Shown: positions 1-14,949, numbered from the stretch's first letter. The stretch: DNA of 64,000 nt from Eledone cirrhosa (GCA_964016885.1 OZ024746.1:29078001-29142000); one strand, 5' to 3'. Program-made: numbers and translations. Notes: generated by a model from the letters alone, not told the origin.

Positions 1-887
1 GTTCTACATTTTATCAAAATACACGCCGAGGTTGACTTTGCCTTTCATCCTTACGGGGTCGATAAAATAAAGTACCAGTAATGCACTGGGTAATTGCTGG
101 CCTTGTGCCTAAAGTAGAAACAATTATTATGAATAGTAGGCAAAAATATTTTGCTATTAACCCACACAAGATCGCTTCTGATTCTATAAAGCAAAACCAC
201 CAATTTAAAGGTGTTCCTATTTAATTTAAAATCTTCCAAAGTAATTTGATAAAAAATCGTTTGTTAAAAAATATCGTCATAATAATGAAATAATTATTAT
301 TTCTATACACTCTTCATTAATTAATTGAGATACAGTCTATTTAACAAGAATTATAGTCATGAAGGTGTTAAAGCATATCCTATCAACTTAAATAATTATT
401 GGACGAATTAGATTGGATAACGTGGTCATACAAACGGTTGATAGTTGGAAATAAATAAGAATGGACCTCCTTCGGTTTCGACGATGAGTGTTCTCAACAA
501 CAACAATACCGTCATTCTAAAATACACCGTTCATATTCATTAACAGAGATATGATAGGGAGACCCACATATTCATGGCATCATATTATCCGACTATTAAT
601 GGCAATTCTCCAGCGTGTTTTGTTATTTGTACCACCATGAAACCTCACCTTGCCAAAACTGCATCCAAATTCTAGGCTGCTTCTTCAGAGCTGAGAAAAT
701 ACTTCAACCTAGGCTATTTTCCTAGTATTACCAAATTAAGAATAGTTTTACACATTTGGGACACTACCTCTGATACTGTTGGTAGTACTCTTCTTGTTGT
801 TATTACTGTTGGTGGTGTTGTTGTGGTTGTTGCTGTGGCTGTAGTTGTTACTGTTACTGTTACTGATGTTGCATCTGGTATTATTGC

Positions 888-1077
888 TGCGGTGAATTGG
901 CAGTATCGGTAGAGGGTTGGACGTCATGCTTTCTAGCATAGTTACGTCCCTTTACGGCCTGAGTTCAAATCCCGTCGAGGTTAACTTTGCCTTTCATCCT
1001 TATGGGGTCGATAAAATAAAGTACCAGTAATGTACTGGGTAATTGCTGGCCTTGTGCCAAAAGTAGAAACAATTATT
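888..1077 (+). mobile_element. tRNA-headed SINE (a partial copy also lies at 25-130)
   Basis: Same A/B boxes, central domain and tail as the 15588 copy. Confidence 0.88.
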
Positions 1078-1084
1078 GCTGCTT

Positions 1085-1680
1085 CTATTGCTTTTCTTGT
1101 TGCTCTTTCCTCAGACAAGATGCAATGCTCCAGATTTTGTGGAGGAAAAAACCTGTCTAAGGACAGAAGGACATCAGAGGTCTCGATAGCAACCGGCATT
1201 AAAACGAAGTGGTCTTTCAAATCCTGGTAGTTTGTTATCTTCTACTTCTCTTCATTACGGATGGTGGGGCCCAGATTTGTGACCAAGACAATGAGTTAAA
1301 GTTATTCGTACGCTGGATGTATCAAAGGGAATGAGAAAATAACGTCTACAGAATTTAAAACTGCGACAACCGATGAATCGAACCTTCAGACACACTATGC
1401 ACATTAGCATATTAGAGAGTAGGTGAAGAAAAATTCCCAATGATAAAATTGAGTGGCACTGCTCCTTGGTGTTATTGGGCGAAGGTCGAGGATTTTGGAA
1501 GACATCTACAATCTTGTCACCACAGTTCAAGTCGGTTGATTATGAACGACGCCATAAAAAGAAGATTTGATGTAGCCTGTTTTCTATCACAATCTGAACA
1601 TGTCAGCCTTTTCCCTGGTGACAGTAAACACCCAGACGGAGTAACCCTTTCCCCTATTCCAGGTGGATTAATCATCAGTA
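1085..1680. mobile_element. Decayed CRE-like RLE retrotransposon fragment with internal inversion
   Basis: Plus strand 1440-1670 reads HLQSC...MNDAIKR...DSKHPDGVTLSP (PD motif of the RLE). Minus strand 1330-1090 reads the downstream part, FVLMPVAIETSD. Confidence 0.55.
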
Positions 1681-2114
1681 TGAGCCCCCACATTCTCTGG
1701 CACGTTCTCAGGTCCCAGCCTTATCAGTTCGGCCACTAATTCTTTGAGAATAAAACTTTTTATAATTCTTTACGACTCTAATAAAATTAATATATTCCTC
1801 GTGGAAAATTGGTTTACTTTCGCATTTTATTTGTCACAGAATTAATTACTTTTATTATTTATTCGTTATTCAGATTTCGGAGTCTTGCTTTGGATTTGCA
1901 TCTTCTTCTTCCGTCAAATTTGATTTCCTTTTATTAGTTGTTTTGTTCTCGTGTTTTCTCCAAGGAAATCTCGTTGGTTGCATCGTTAAGTTTTATCTCT
2001 GCTGATAACTTTATATTATAAATTTTTGGTTCTCTGCCAGACTCTGTTTTCTTTTCATATTGATCTCCTGGTAATATAGTTTATTGATGAATGAATGAAT
2101 AAATAAATAAATAA

Positions 2115-2145
<31 letters not shown>

Positions 2146-2697
2146 AAGCCTTGCTTCATGTGAAACAGTTGAAAAGAATAATACAAAGACCTCTACTTAT
2201 TTCTAATTCTCTAAATCTTCTGTGTGTGTAAGAGAGAGAAAATGTGTGGGTGGGTGTCTGGGTGTGTGGTGGCGTTTATGTGAGTGTATAGTGTAGGATA
2301 GTGTGTGTAGTGTGTATGTGTGGATGTGTATGTGAGGTTGCATGTGTAGAGTATATATATATATATAGTGTGAAGTTTGTGTGTATGTGCAGTGTGCATA
2401 TGTATGGTGTGTATGTATGTATATGTGGTTGCGCGTAATGTGAAGGTGTGAGAGAGAGAGAGAAAAAGGGAGTGAATGGGAAAGAATGGGAGTGTAAAAC
2501 GAGTGAGAGAGAGTGAGAGAGAAAGAGACGAAAAGTGAGTGGATGTTGTTGCTCGAGATAGTTTTTAGTTTCAACAAACAATAACCAGCTAATTAGAGCA
2601 AACGGCGAAAAAAACAGTTTCTGCATGCATTAGATTTTGTGATTCGTACATATATATATATATATATCAAAGTGTGTGTTTGTGTATGCGTGTGCGC

Positions 2698-2770
<73 letters not shown>

Positions 2771-3639
2771 CGTGCGTGTGTGCGTGTGTGTGTGTGTGCG
2801 TGTGGTTAAAGTTGTTTTAATAAATGCAAGATAGAAATATAGGAGTGAGAGCGGTGGACAAAGCAAAGCAATACTTTTATCTTAATATTTCGGGCTTAAT
2901 GCACCTTTTACAAGAGAATCTCCGATCGACATCTCCATCGCGCTTCCTATTCTTTTTCATAGTGGACCTCGCATCACATTATCCCGTGTGTATTCAAAAT
3001 GGTCAGGTGTTGTTTGAGGGTGATTCGACTGTTCTCTAAGTATAAACATTTCTCTCCTTCAGTTGTTATTTTTACTGTATAAGGTTTCATGCTTTTGGTT
3101 AAAAACACAAGCGAGTCATACTATTGTATATCCATCCTTCTCTAAGTATGATTTTTGTTATTGCATAAAAAAAATCGTTAAAAACACAATTGTGTAGCCA
3201 TTCTTTTCTAAGTAAAAACATTTCTCTTTTTCGATTCTTCTCTTCGCTGTATCCAGTAGGGGATAAATTATAACAGAGAAGTATGTGAGATATTTTATTT
3301 CCTTGAAAAAGGGCCCTTGGTAATGAAAAGTTTAAAAACTACAATCTTAGCTACTACACTGAAAGTTAGAGCTAGGATTAATGTTGCTGATTGCATTTCT
3401 ATATTTTATGTGCATATGTGAGATATATAATCTAATAGTTTCTTATATGTTATAAAATATTAATAAGATAATATTAAAAGTTGAAATCATAAGGTATTGA
3501 CCATAAAACGTAGAAGATAGGCTGCAGATAGGTCAGTGGCCTTCAATGTATTCTAATATGATTTGTTGGCTTTTATAACAAAGAGAAACTAGTATCACAA
3601 ATGTTATATTGTCTTCAATGCTCTCCTAAACCTCATGAT

Positions 3640-3935
3640 ATTGTTGAGTCTCCGTTGGTTCTGACGATGAGTCTTCCAATTCTTGCTAAATTAAACAGAA
3701 TAATCTGGAAATAAACGTTCATTTGAGTGTGCATTCCCATAGACACGTGTATCCTTAACTTAATTATCATAGATTCAACGTAACACAATGTGTGACAAGG
3801 ATTGCCTTTTGAATTATAGGTAGAATTGTTTTTGGCAGCTGAGTGAACTGGAGCAATGTAAATTAAAGTGTCTTACTCAAGGACACACTGCAACGCCGGG
3901 AATTGAACTCATGAGTGTGAGCCGAACGCCATGAT
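3640..3935 (-). mobile_element. Second, older tRNA-derived SINE family (related pieces at about 380-495, 5055-5210 (+) and 41340-41625)
   Basis: Shared blocks GACGATGAGT, CCTTTTGAATTA.AGGTA, CAGCTGAGTG.ACTGGAGCAA..TGAAAT.AAGTG, CTCAAGGACAC and a B-box-like GGAATTGAACTC. Confidence 0.65.
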
Positions 3936-3986
3936 CTTTAAACAATATATATGTACAGACATACATAGGCGCATATATATATATAG

Positions 3987-4026
<40 letters not shown>

Positions 4027-4289
4027 CTGTGTGTGTGTGTGCATACATATATATATATATATACACAGACACATAAACACACATACATATATGCATACAT
4101 ACATACACACTAACATATATATATATATATATATACATATATATTTGTGTGCGAGGGTGTATGTTTACGTAATCAAATATATATGTAGATGTATTTATCC
4201 ATCGATATATATACATCAATTACCCCCGATATTAACAACCATCTAGTTTTCTATCCACAAATTATTATTCCAATCAAATCACCATTTTT

Positions 4290-4785
4290 ATCAACCTGAC
4301 AGCCGGACCGAAACCGCAAAGCATTCTATCCGACGCTCTACCAACTCTGTCAATTCCCCATCTTAAAGTTAATAATTGTTTCTACTTTTGGCACAAGGCC
4401 AGCAATTATCCCAGTGTATTACTGGTACTTTATTTTATCGACCCCTTAAGGATGAAAGGCAAAGTTAACCTCGGCGGGTTTTGAACTTAGTCCGTAAAGG
4501 GACGTAACTGTGCTGCAAAGCATGGCGTCCGACCCTCTACCGATACTGCCAATCCATCGCCCTTAAAGTTAATAATGGTTTCTGATTTAGACACAAGGCC
4601 AACAATTTAGCGGGAGGGAAATTCACTTAAATCGACCACAGTTCGTTACTGGTGGTTTACTTAATCGAACCCGTAAGCAAGAAAGGCAAAGCCAACTTCG
4701 ATGGGATTTAAACTCAGAACGTAAAGGGCCGTATCTCTATGCCACAAACCATGTTGTCCGGCTCTGCCAATTCACCACCTTACAG
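4290..4785 (-). mobile_element. Tandem of two full and one partial SINE copies
   Basis: Reverse-complement matches at about 4372-4563, 4572-4781 and 4300-4360, joined by short TTAAAGTTAATAAT linkers. Confidence 0.8.
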
Positions 4786-5263
4786 TGAATAATACAAACA
4801 AGCCTTTACATGCAAATAAATATCTAGATTTGAAAACATCAGATTATTATAGATTCGAATTTTAGTACCAATCACGTCTTCGTTATTCTTTAAGTTTATC
4901 CGATAAAATACTTTAGAATACTTATTTTTTTCTTAAAGTAATCAACTTCATCTCATAAAACATAGATGCCTCAGTGGACTTCAATGTATTTTAAGGTGAA
5001 TATTTTTCGTCTGTGTGAAAAAATGGAAACTAGAAATACAGAATATGTTTGTGCGAAGGCACGTGGCTGACTGGTGGTGTTGGACTTACGGTCGTAATGC
5101 GGGAGTTCGATTATTAGACCGCGTGGAACGTTGCATTCTTGAGCAAAAGAAAATCATTTCACGCTGTTAAAGTCCAGTAGTAGATGGGAGCTAATCATGC
5201 GATGAACTAAACGAACAGCCTTATTCTTTTCCAGTCACCTAACCGGGTTTGGGCCAGATTTTC

Positions 5264-5309
<46 letters not shown>

Positions 5310-5852
5310 AACAATGAGTTATATGCTTTCTTGATGAATATTCAACAGATTTATGTTCATAACAGATATGAAGCACTTTACAAAAAATGTTATCTCGAGT
5401 ATTATAATATTATTAATAGTAACAAAGGGAAAATATTTCCGCGTTTATATTTATGCGTAAATCTTTAATTAACTAATACGGCACCCTTTAACGGCCGCCC
5501 CACAACCAAAATAAACACACTATTTTTCAAAATTCTCTAGCGTCTAAATTAACGGTCTTTTTATATGTCAATATATCCCTGTTAAGGTATATCCTGTGAA
5601 ATGTTGAGTTTTTATCCACATGCCCACTGTAAGCTGAAGATGAAAGTTTATACTCTGGGTATGTCACTATCTTATACATCAAACATTGTATTTTAACCTA
5701 AGAAAGCATACCATAATTTGGTATCCTTGAAATACGTATAATAAAATAAATATGCTGCTATAGTGATATTTTCCATTTATTACTATTAATAATATATATA
5801 TATAATAGAAAAATGTACGAAGATAGAAGTCCGGAAAGGACTCAATAAAAAT

Positions 5853-5931
<79 letters not shown>

Positions 5932-6644
5932 ACGAAAGCGTACAAGCAGATACACACTTGCATAAATATTAAAGTTTAAATAGAAAACCCGCATTCAAAG
6001 ATAAAATTCCTTCGGGAACGTTTCCGTAACTTGAACTTAAATGTTCGCTTTCGTCTACTCTCAAGAGAGAAACGTTTTTGTTTTACAATAAACACAATCT
6101 CTCACTAAATAAATGATTCTATATTGTTATTTTGTCAACATTGTTTTTAGTGTTGAAGTTGTTATTGTTATTATTGGCGTTGGGTGTAGACCCGACGGTA
6201 GTGTCGCCGACACAGTAAGTATTTCTGTATGCTTGTAGATTTGGTATTCAGTAATGCACTGGGTAATTGCTGGCCTTGTGCCAAAAAGTAGAAAAATTAT
6301 TATTAGTCTCGGTAATGGTGTTGTTGATATCAATATCTGCCTTGATTGTACAAGTAATATCCTACAAAGTAAAAAACATTTTTTATAATCCGGTCCGAAA
6401 GAATACCAATTAGAAATGTAGTTTCATAAATTGATTGAAACATAATTTTTTTTGTATAATTGACGCCATATAAAGTCATCTAAGTGTGTTGGTATAGAAA
6501 TTTTTTGCGCACTACACATTAGAATAAAATATTGTTTATACTTTTTCCTGGCCAAATTGTTGTTTGATGCTTTCAACGCAAATGATAGATGACTACTGTT
6601 CATGTGATGTACAAAATACTGGAAGACATGGCAGACATGAATGC

Positions 6645-6747
<103 letters not shown>

Positions 6748-7804
6748 CACCAAAACGTCTATTTCACTAATATGCAGTAATATTTATTTCGCAAATATAT
6801 TCAAAGTATTTGCTGACTCATAAATATCCGAGATCCGTAAAGATCCGAAACTCATAAACATCTGAAACCCATGAACTTCTGGTATTACACCCAAAATAAA
6901 CAAAACGCATTCAGCTTTGTTTATGATTCATCCACCGCGCTGTTAATAATTTCGTTCGCAATCACGCAGATCCGTATTCATTTCCATCTATTAAATATCA
7001 CATTCAAATATTTGTTCGACCCGAACCTATGATAGGTACCTTAGTATTATTAATCTCGGTAATTGTAGTGTTATTATCAATGTTAATTGCGAACAGGCGA
7101 TGCTTTTGATTGAATCAACTGAAACAGTATTCGTTCTTGCACCGGGAATGAAACAAGAATCTGCTGAGAAAAGTCAACATAACCCTGGCAGGTTTTTAAT
7201 GCATTACAAATACCATGGATTAAATTACTATTAAATAAAAAGAAAAACTGTGAGTGAAACACCTTACTAGAAGAGGGAAACTCTGATAAAAACCCTGCGG
7301 TTTCGGAAGCATCCGATGATGTAAACCAGCTCTCCTTTTCGGGTAGTGTTTTCGATGCTCAAAGAGTGGGATTGGTCGAGTGGAAGGCCTTCCCCTACTT
7401 AAAAAACCTTCAAAGCACAAACATTGCTTGTTCGAGATATGTTACAGGTTCGTGTGCTTGACGATAACCTAAAAGTGCACCAAATTCTATAATCTGACAA
7501 GCGATTGCAGTACTCTTAGCAGAGTTTGCAGCTATCATGTATGTACACATATTCGAAAAAAAAAGCGCAATCTACACATGGAAGGTGAATGGATTTATAA
7601 TAAAAATGTTGACCCTTTTACTTATCTCCGCGACGCGCATATATATATATCATCCACTTTTCTAAAAAATAAATCATATACCAACGCCAGCACCAACAGT
7701 TTTGCAAGAGATGTCAACATGAATGGACCTGTTATGTTTATCTAAAGACATTTTTTCCAATTCCATCCCGCCCGTCCTCTCAATCTATCTTATTTCTCAT
7801 TCTT

Positions 7805-7840
7805 TCTTCTGATGAAGGACTAGCGTCCGAAACGTTAAGA
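7805..7840 (+). ncRNA. Minimal type I hammerhead (PLE-type, dimer-dependent)
   Basis: UCUU-CUGAUGA-A-GGAC-UAGC-GUCC-GAAA-CG-UU-AAGA; palindromic AACGUU stem III; (TA)n follows at 7926. Confidence 0.75.
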
Positions 7841-8565
7841 CCCACTTCCTGCTATATCAAGCGTTAACCTAATATATCCCTTCCATATACTATACCGATT
7901 GTGTTGTTATTTCTGTTTGTCTTTTATATATATATATATATGTATGTAAAATGAATATATATATATGCATATATATATATCATATATATATATGTATGTA
8001 AAATGAATATGTAAGACAATGTTTGTGAATTTATATATACGTATGTCTGTATGTATATATGTATATATATATATATATGTATATATAAATATATGGGGAG
8101 GAGGAGATGTGTATGAGTATGTGTATTATAAAATTTGTTTAAAGTACAAATATATCAACGAACACTTTCGCTTTAAAAGAATGTCGTTGTCTTATATTAT
8201 TTTATTTGTTAAAACTGTATTATTCTCTATCATAGCACTTGAATATAAATGATTTGTTGAGGTAAGCGACATGTCCATCGTATTATAATGTTCTATTGTA
8301 ATTTATGTTATAAACAATCCTTGTTGATGTTGCATATATGTATATGTATATATATATATAATATATATATAATATATATGATATATTCACAAATATATTT
8401 CTATGTGCCTGTGTTTGGATATATAGGTATGTATTTCTACATATATATGTGTGTACGAGTGTATATCTTAGTCTATATATATATACATATCTTCTTTAAC
8501 AAATGTCGTTGGCGTTATTAAAACCGTTATTTCTCGCTAAATTCATTATTTATCTCCTATACATA

Positions 8566-8613
<48 letters not shown>

Positions 8614-9343
8614 TTTTTGTTTGTTTGTTTCTTGTATGATAATGATATATGTTTCTTGCTATTGAAGAAATACATTAATCTTTATAAAACATACATCTTT
8701 ACTCTTTACTTCTTCATGTCTTTAATGTTTATTTCCTCTTTGCAGGCAAAAAACAGCAGCCAGAACAATAATGATAATAACAACATCAACGCCAAAGACA
8801 GCTGCAACACAAAAACAACTGCATAAAAAAAACACCAGCAACAACAGCAACAATATGTTTACACTGTACAGCTTTCAGTCGTTGTTTCCGTCATGTTATA
8901 AAATGGCGCTTCTGATATTTGAGAATCATATAAAAGTACACTAGAAATTATGAGCCTCAAGAGGTGACAATACTAATACCATTAGAATATTACATAGAAA
9001 TAGATCAAGTTTAGGTGACATATTCTTAACTTATTCACTGGGGATTACATACATACCAACAACAATATGAACACTTATATTATTTGTTTATTATAGTTTA
9101 TCCATATTTTCTGTTGTTTCTTTAGTTTGGTTTGGTTTATTTTATTGTCGTTTTTTTTCAGCCATGAAACAGTGTGAAATAAGAAATAAATATATTTAAG
9201 AGAGCAAAAGTAAGAATTGATGGATATGTGAATGAAAAAGAAACAAAGCTACAAAAACTTATACTGTGAAAATAGATAGATGATAATATAAAGAAATGAA
9301 AAGTGAGACAAAACAAAAAGAGTATTAAAAATTGGAAATGATA

Positions 9344-9545
9344 TATGAGGGTGGGCTGAAAAGTTCATAGGCTGACTATGAAGGAGAAGTGTTAAAGCTG
9401 TGAAATCTTACATGCATTAATTTCAACTCTTCTTGTTAATAACTGCATTGTTTCTTTCCAGGGACTATGTTGAAAAATAAACCTCATTTGATAATTCCCT
9501 AAGAGTATCTTAGTCAGCCTATGAACTTTTCAACCGACCATTGTA
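9344..9545. mobile_element. Tc1/mariner-type MITE
   Basis: About 35-bp terminal inverted repeats (TGAAAAGTTCATAGGCTGACTA / TAGTCAGCCTATGAACTTTTCA), TA ends; second copy at 51381-51587. Confidence 0.8.
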
Positions 9546-9553
9546 TATTAGAA

Positions 9554-9634
<81 letters not shown>

Positions 9635-9829
9635 CGTACGTGTGTGTGTGCGTGCGTGCGTGTGTGTGTGCGCGCGTGTATGTGAATGAGAGGAACACCA
9701 TTCTTTTAAATATGTTTTTATGCTTTGTAAGTTTTTCATACACTTTTGCTGACACATCTCTATCACACGGTACAGTCATGTCAATGAGTAAGCAGGTCTT
9801 TGTTTAAAATCTTTAATAATAACATCAGA

Positions 9830-12050
9830 GCGGTTTCCATTAATAGTACGATACTCTTCCAATCTCAGTTAGTGGATGGAGTTTTTGTTCATGCCAGTTT
9901 TCTGTATTTTCTGTATTATATTGTTTGTATAATATCCATTGAATGTATTGTCTAATAGATGCGCTATTATTATTTCTAATCTTATATTCCGTTGGTCTTA
10001 GGGTGAAGCATCTTGATATTATATGATCAACAGTTTTAAGTTGTACGCCAGATATTCTGCATTTGGCGTCTACTCCGTTTCTAGTACTGGACAGCACAAA
10101 TTATTATTATTATTACTATTATTATTATGGTTCATTTTTGTAAATTCCAGGCACTTAAGATGATAAACGATCTGGATATTTCAGTTAAAGAACAGTCAAC
10201 AACAAGATGACAAAGATCCCTCACTGGATTCTCACATGTGTCTTACAGAGATAATACTTTCCTTGAAATCGTTGCTGTACCAAGAAGTGTTGTCTTCTGC
10301 ATGACTTGTAACCTTGCATCAATTCCGATTCTATTTACACAGCCCTCAGAACTGTCTAATATGCATCCCAATGCTTCGATCTCTCCTGGAATCACTAGAA
10401 ACTTCCTCACCCTCACAACTTTCAATTTCCTCCTTTTGTGGCTCATACTTCCTCATCTTTTCATGTTGTTTATCCTTCACTGTGTTATCTCCTGGACAGA
10501 TATGTTGACAATTTGAGCCTGTTTTTTCTTCTTGTTCACAACTAAAGTGCCTGGCCATCTTGTCTCGATCGTTCATGTCACACAAAAGCTTAAATACGTC
10601 ATTCTCTAACACCCCCTTCTGGTCTCTGTTCGTACTAGTTAGTTGCTCTGATAAAACCCTTATTTCTCAGATACCATCCAGACTGTGAATGTTATCCGGT
10701 ATAATCGTTTCATCTGTACACTCTCTATTTATTTCTCGGTAAAATCTCACTTAGTGTACTCTGAATAGTCTATTTTACTGGTATTGCTTTATCTTTTGTT
10801 CGTATCTAGTTATCTTTGCTTCTTTTTCTATGAGACGTTGCTTCAGTTCTTCCATTACTACCTTTAGGTCTTTTATTTCAATGCCATACTTTCTTTCCAA
10901 TGCTCTGTATTTTCTTTCATTTCTAAGCTCTCCTCTTTTCGGACTAAGACAGAAATGTCGTTCTAGAGGGCATCTAGAGGGCCTGTATTCACTTTTTCCA
11001 CCAGGATACGTTTTTTTTTTTATCTCCCTTATTTTTTTTTCTGTGCCTTGACATCTACACCCATATTTTCTGCTACAACAAGGTTTGCTGACTTTATCAT
11101 TTGTTTCTGTGATGTTATTTGTTTTTATGTATTTCAGAATTCCATTCACATTATATGTTTCTTGGTTCAGCGTGCATTCCGGCTGCAAATAAGATTCCTA
11201 TTGTCCTCCCGTAACCTTACCTTTATTCTGTCGTACATTGACTTCTGTTCACCTGTCATCTTTTTATTAATTTCGTTGTCTTCTATGCCATCTACATTTC
11301 TCTCACTAGACAGACTATCTCTACCCTGTTTCTGTGGGTTACCAAATTTCTCTTCACCCTTGTCCTCTGCTGTAGTTTCCTTTTCTTCAGTAAGACCTTC
11401 ATTTTCCCCATTTCTTTCACTGCTGTTTCTTGACACCCGTCTTTTGATAACTTCCAATTCCACTTCTGTTAACCAGCATTTTTTTCTTATTGCTCTGGCT
11501 TGGTCACTTAACTTCTGCTCTGTGAGTTGAAACGAGTTGAAACCATTGTTTATGTATTCGTTGTCATTGCCCTTTGATAAGGAGTCCATTTTCAATTATA
11601 AGATTATTATTATTATTATTACTATTATTTGAAACTTCCTATGAATTCTGCTTCTCTCCCAAATCATGCCGCGTGACAAAATTTGATAATACAAACATTT
11701 TACAATCAATTGTCATACAGATGATGCCACAAGGGCAAAAAAAAACAGTAAATGCCTTTGCCAGGTTTTTAAATTGATAATGTCCTTCTCAGGACATGGA
11801 CAGTGATAGTCAGTACAATTTTCTGTATCTCTTGCAGAGACGGCTTTCCAGATATACGGTCCAAATATTTTTCAGTTCCCTTTTTTTTTATCATTCCAAT
11901 AGCACCTAAAATTACTGGTATTGTACAGTCCTTAAGATGCCACATTTTCTCAATTTCAATTGTCAGATCTTTATAAATACTGAGCTTTCGGAACTCTCTA
12001 CGCGAGATGTTACGTTCTGATTGACAGCTCATGTCAATTAAGATACATGT
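9830..12050 (-). mobile_element. Cluster of decayed R4/Dong-like (restriction-like endonuclease) non-LTR fragments separated by (TAA)n
   Basis: RLE C-termini (YKDLTIEIEKMW..IPVILGAIG..IQKIVL..VLRRTL at 12032-11769; VIPGEIEALG..MQKTTLLGTATISRKVL at 10446-10243), N-terminal motif TEQKLSDQARAIRKKCWLTEVELE (11595-11167), CCHC remnant CRISG..TVDHIISRC..EYKIR (10097-9840). (TAA)n at about 10100-10128, 11603-11628 and 12097-12110. Confidence 0.75.
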
Positions 12051-12279
12051 TTTCTCTTAATGGTCCTTCACAATTATATCAGGTCTGTTGGCCTTCATTA
12101 TTATTATTATCGTATCAGTTATCTTGTCTTCCTTCTTTTACTTCTCTATTTTTTCTATCTTTTACTTTCGTTCTTTCTCTCCTGTGGCTATTTTTTTCTC
12201 TCTCTCTCTCTCTCTCTCTCACTCACTCTCTCTCTCTCCCTCTCTCAATCTTTCTCTCTTCCTCGTTATTTTCTTTCCT

Positions 12280-12335
<56 letters not shown>

Positions 12336-12394
12336 TCTTTTTTTGTTTATTTCTTTCCCGCTTTCTTTTTTATTGTTTTCCACCTCTCTCTCTC

Positions 12395-12443
<49 letters not shown>

Positions 12444-12719
12444 CTCTCTCTCTCTCTGTCCCTCAGTCTCTTTAATTTTTTCCTTTTCCCCCTCTACTTT
12501 TCTTCTCTGCCCCACACTCAATCCCCACCATCCACTCTCCACCCTTCCCACCATCCCCTCTCCCCCCTCCTTATTCTCTCTCCGTCCCCACCACACCACC
12601 ATGTCTAGCCATATATATTTAGACACTCTAACTCTGTACTTAGTTACTGTCTAGACTAAATGTCTCATTTATGTTTCGTGTTTTATTTATTTTGGGTTCC
12701 TTTGAATACAATTCAATTA

Positions 12720-12756
12720 TCGCCATCATTATTAACATCATCATCATCGTCAACAC

Positions 12757-12802
<46 letters not shown>

Positions 12803-12835
12803 GTCGTCAACACCATCATCATTATCATCATCATC

Positions 12836-12867
<32 letters not shown>

Positions 12868-13429
12868 GAACACCGCCATCATCATCATCATCATCGTCAA
12901 CACCATCACCATCATCATCATCATCATTATCATCATTATCATCATCATCATCACCACCACCACCATCATCATCATCATCATGAACACCACCATCATCATC
13001 ATCATCATCATCAACATCACCATCATCAACATCATCACATCATCATCACCATCATGATCATCACCATCATCACCATCAACATCATTATTACCATTAACAT
13101 CATCCTCGTCATCATAATCAACATCCTCCTCCACCTCCTACTTCCCCTCCTCCTCCCCCTCCTCCTCATCATCATCATCACCACCACCATCATCATCATT
13201 AGCCTCATCATCATCATCATCATCAACATAATCATCATCATAAGCATCACTATCACCATCAACATCATCTCCATCATCATCACCATCAACATCATCATCA
13301 TCAACATCATCACCACCATCATCATCATCATCATCACCATGATCATCATAATCATCACCATCATCAACAGTATCATCACCAGTGGCACCGCAGTTACAGC
13401 CGCTACCGCCACCACCATCGTCATCACAC

Positions 13430-13466
<37 letters not shown>

Positions 13467-14930
13467 TACCATTACCACCAGTGCCGCAACCATCATCACT
13501 TTCAGCACCACCACCACCACCACCACCATCACCACCACCACCATCATCATCACCACCACTACCATCATCATCATCACCCCCACCACCGTCATCATCACCA
13601 CCACCACCGTCATCATCATCACCACCATCATCATCACCACCACTACCATCATCATCATCACCACCACCACCATCATCACCACCACCACCACCATCATCAC
13701 CACCACCACCATCATCATCACCACCACTACCATCATCATCATCACCCCCACCACCGTCATCATCACCACCACCATCATCATCACCACCACCACCATCATC
13801 ATCATCACCCCCACCACCGTCATCATCACCACCACCACCACCATCATCACCACCACCACCGTCATCATCACCACCACCACCACCATCATCACCACCACCA
13901 CCATCATCACTACCACCACCATCATCATCACCCCCACCACCGTCACCATCACCACTATCTCCACCACCACCATCATCACCACCACCACCATCATCACCAC
14001 CACCACCGTCATCATCACCCCCACCACCGTCATCATCACCACCACCACCACCATCATCACCACCACCACCGTCATCATCACCACCACCACCACCATCATC
14101 ACCACCACCACCATCATCACCACCACCACCGTCATCATCACCCCCACCACTGTCATCATCACCACTATCTCCACCACCATCATCATCACCACCACCACCA
14201 TCATCACCACCACCACCGTCATCATCACCACCACCACCGTCATCATCACCCCCACCACCGTCATCATCACCCCCACCACCGTCATCATCACCACCACCAC
14301 CACCATCATCACCCCCACCACCGTCATCATCACCACCACCACCGTCATCATCACCACCACCGTCATCATCACCACCACCACCACCATCATCATCACCACC
14401 ACCACCATCATCATCACCACCACCACCATCATCACCACCACCACCGTCATCATCACCACCACCACCACCATCATCACCACCACCACCACCATCATCATCA
14501 CCACCACCACCGTCATCATCACCACCACCACCATCATCATCACCACCACCACCGTCATCATCACCACCACCACCGTCATCATCACCACCACCACCATCAT
14601 CATCACCACCACCACCGTCATCATCACCACCACCACCATCATCATCACCACCACCACCGTCATCATCACCACCACCACCACTATCATCATCACCACCACC
14701 ACCACCATCATCACCACCACCACCATCATCATCACCACCACCACCGTCATCATCACCACCACCACCATCATCATCACCACCACCACCGTCATCATCACCA
14801 CTATCTCCACCACCACTAGAACCACCATCATCAACACCATATCCAATTACTATAACCACCACCACCACCACCATCACCACTATCATCACCACGCCACCAC
14901 CCCCGGCACCGCCATCATCATCACTACTTA
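12720..14930 (+). repeat. 2.2-kb in-phase (ATC)/(ACC) trinucleotide mosaic
   Basis: Alternating runs of ATC and ACC with occasional GTC and CCC; explains the long low-complexity ORFs on both strands. Confidence 0.95.
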
Positions 14931-14949
14931 CTTCCTTACTATCATTACT

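Noticed and set aside
7270-7320. HHR-like CTGATAA-AAACC-CTGC-GGTTTC-GGAA
   Set aside because: Two core mismatches and no stem I; the context looks more like an RTE-type 5' UTR remnant.
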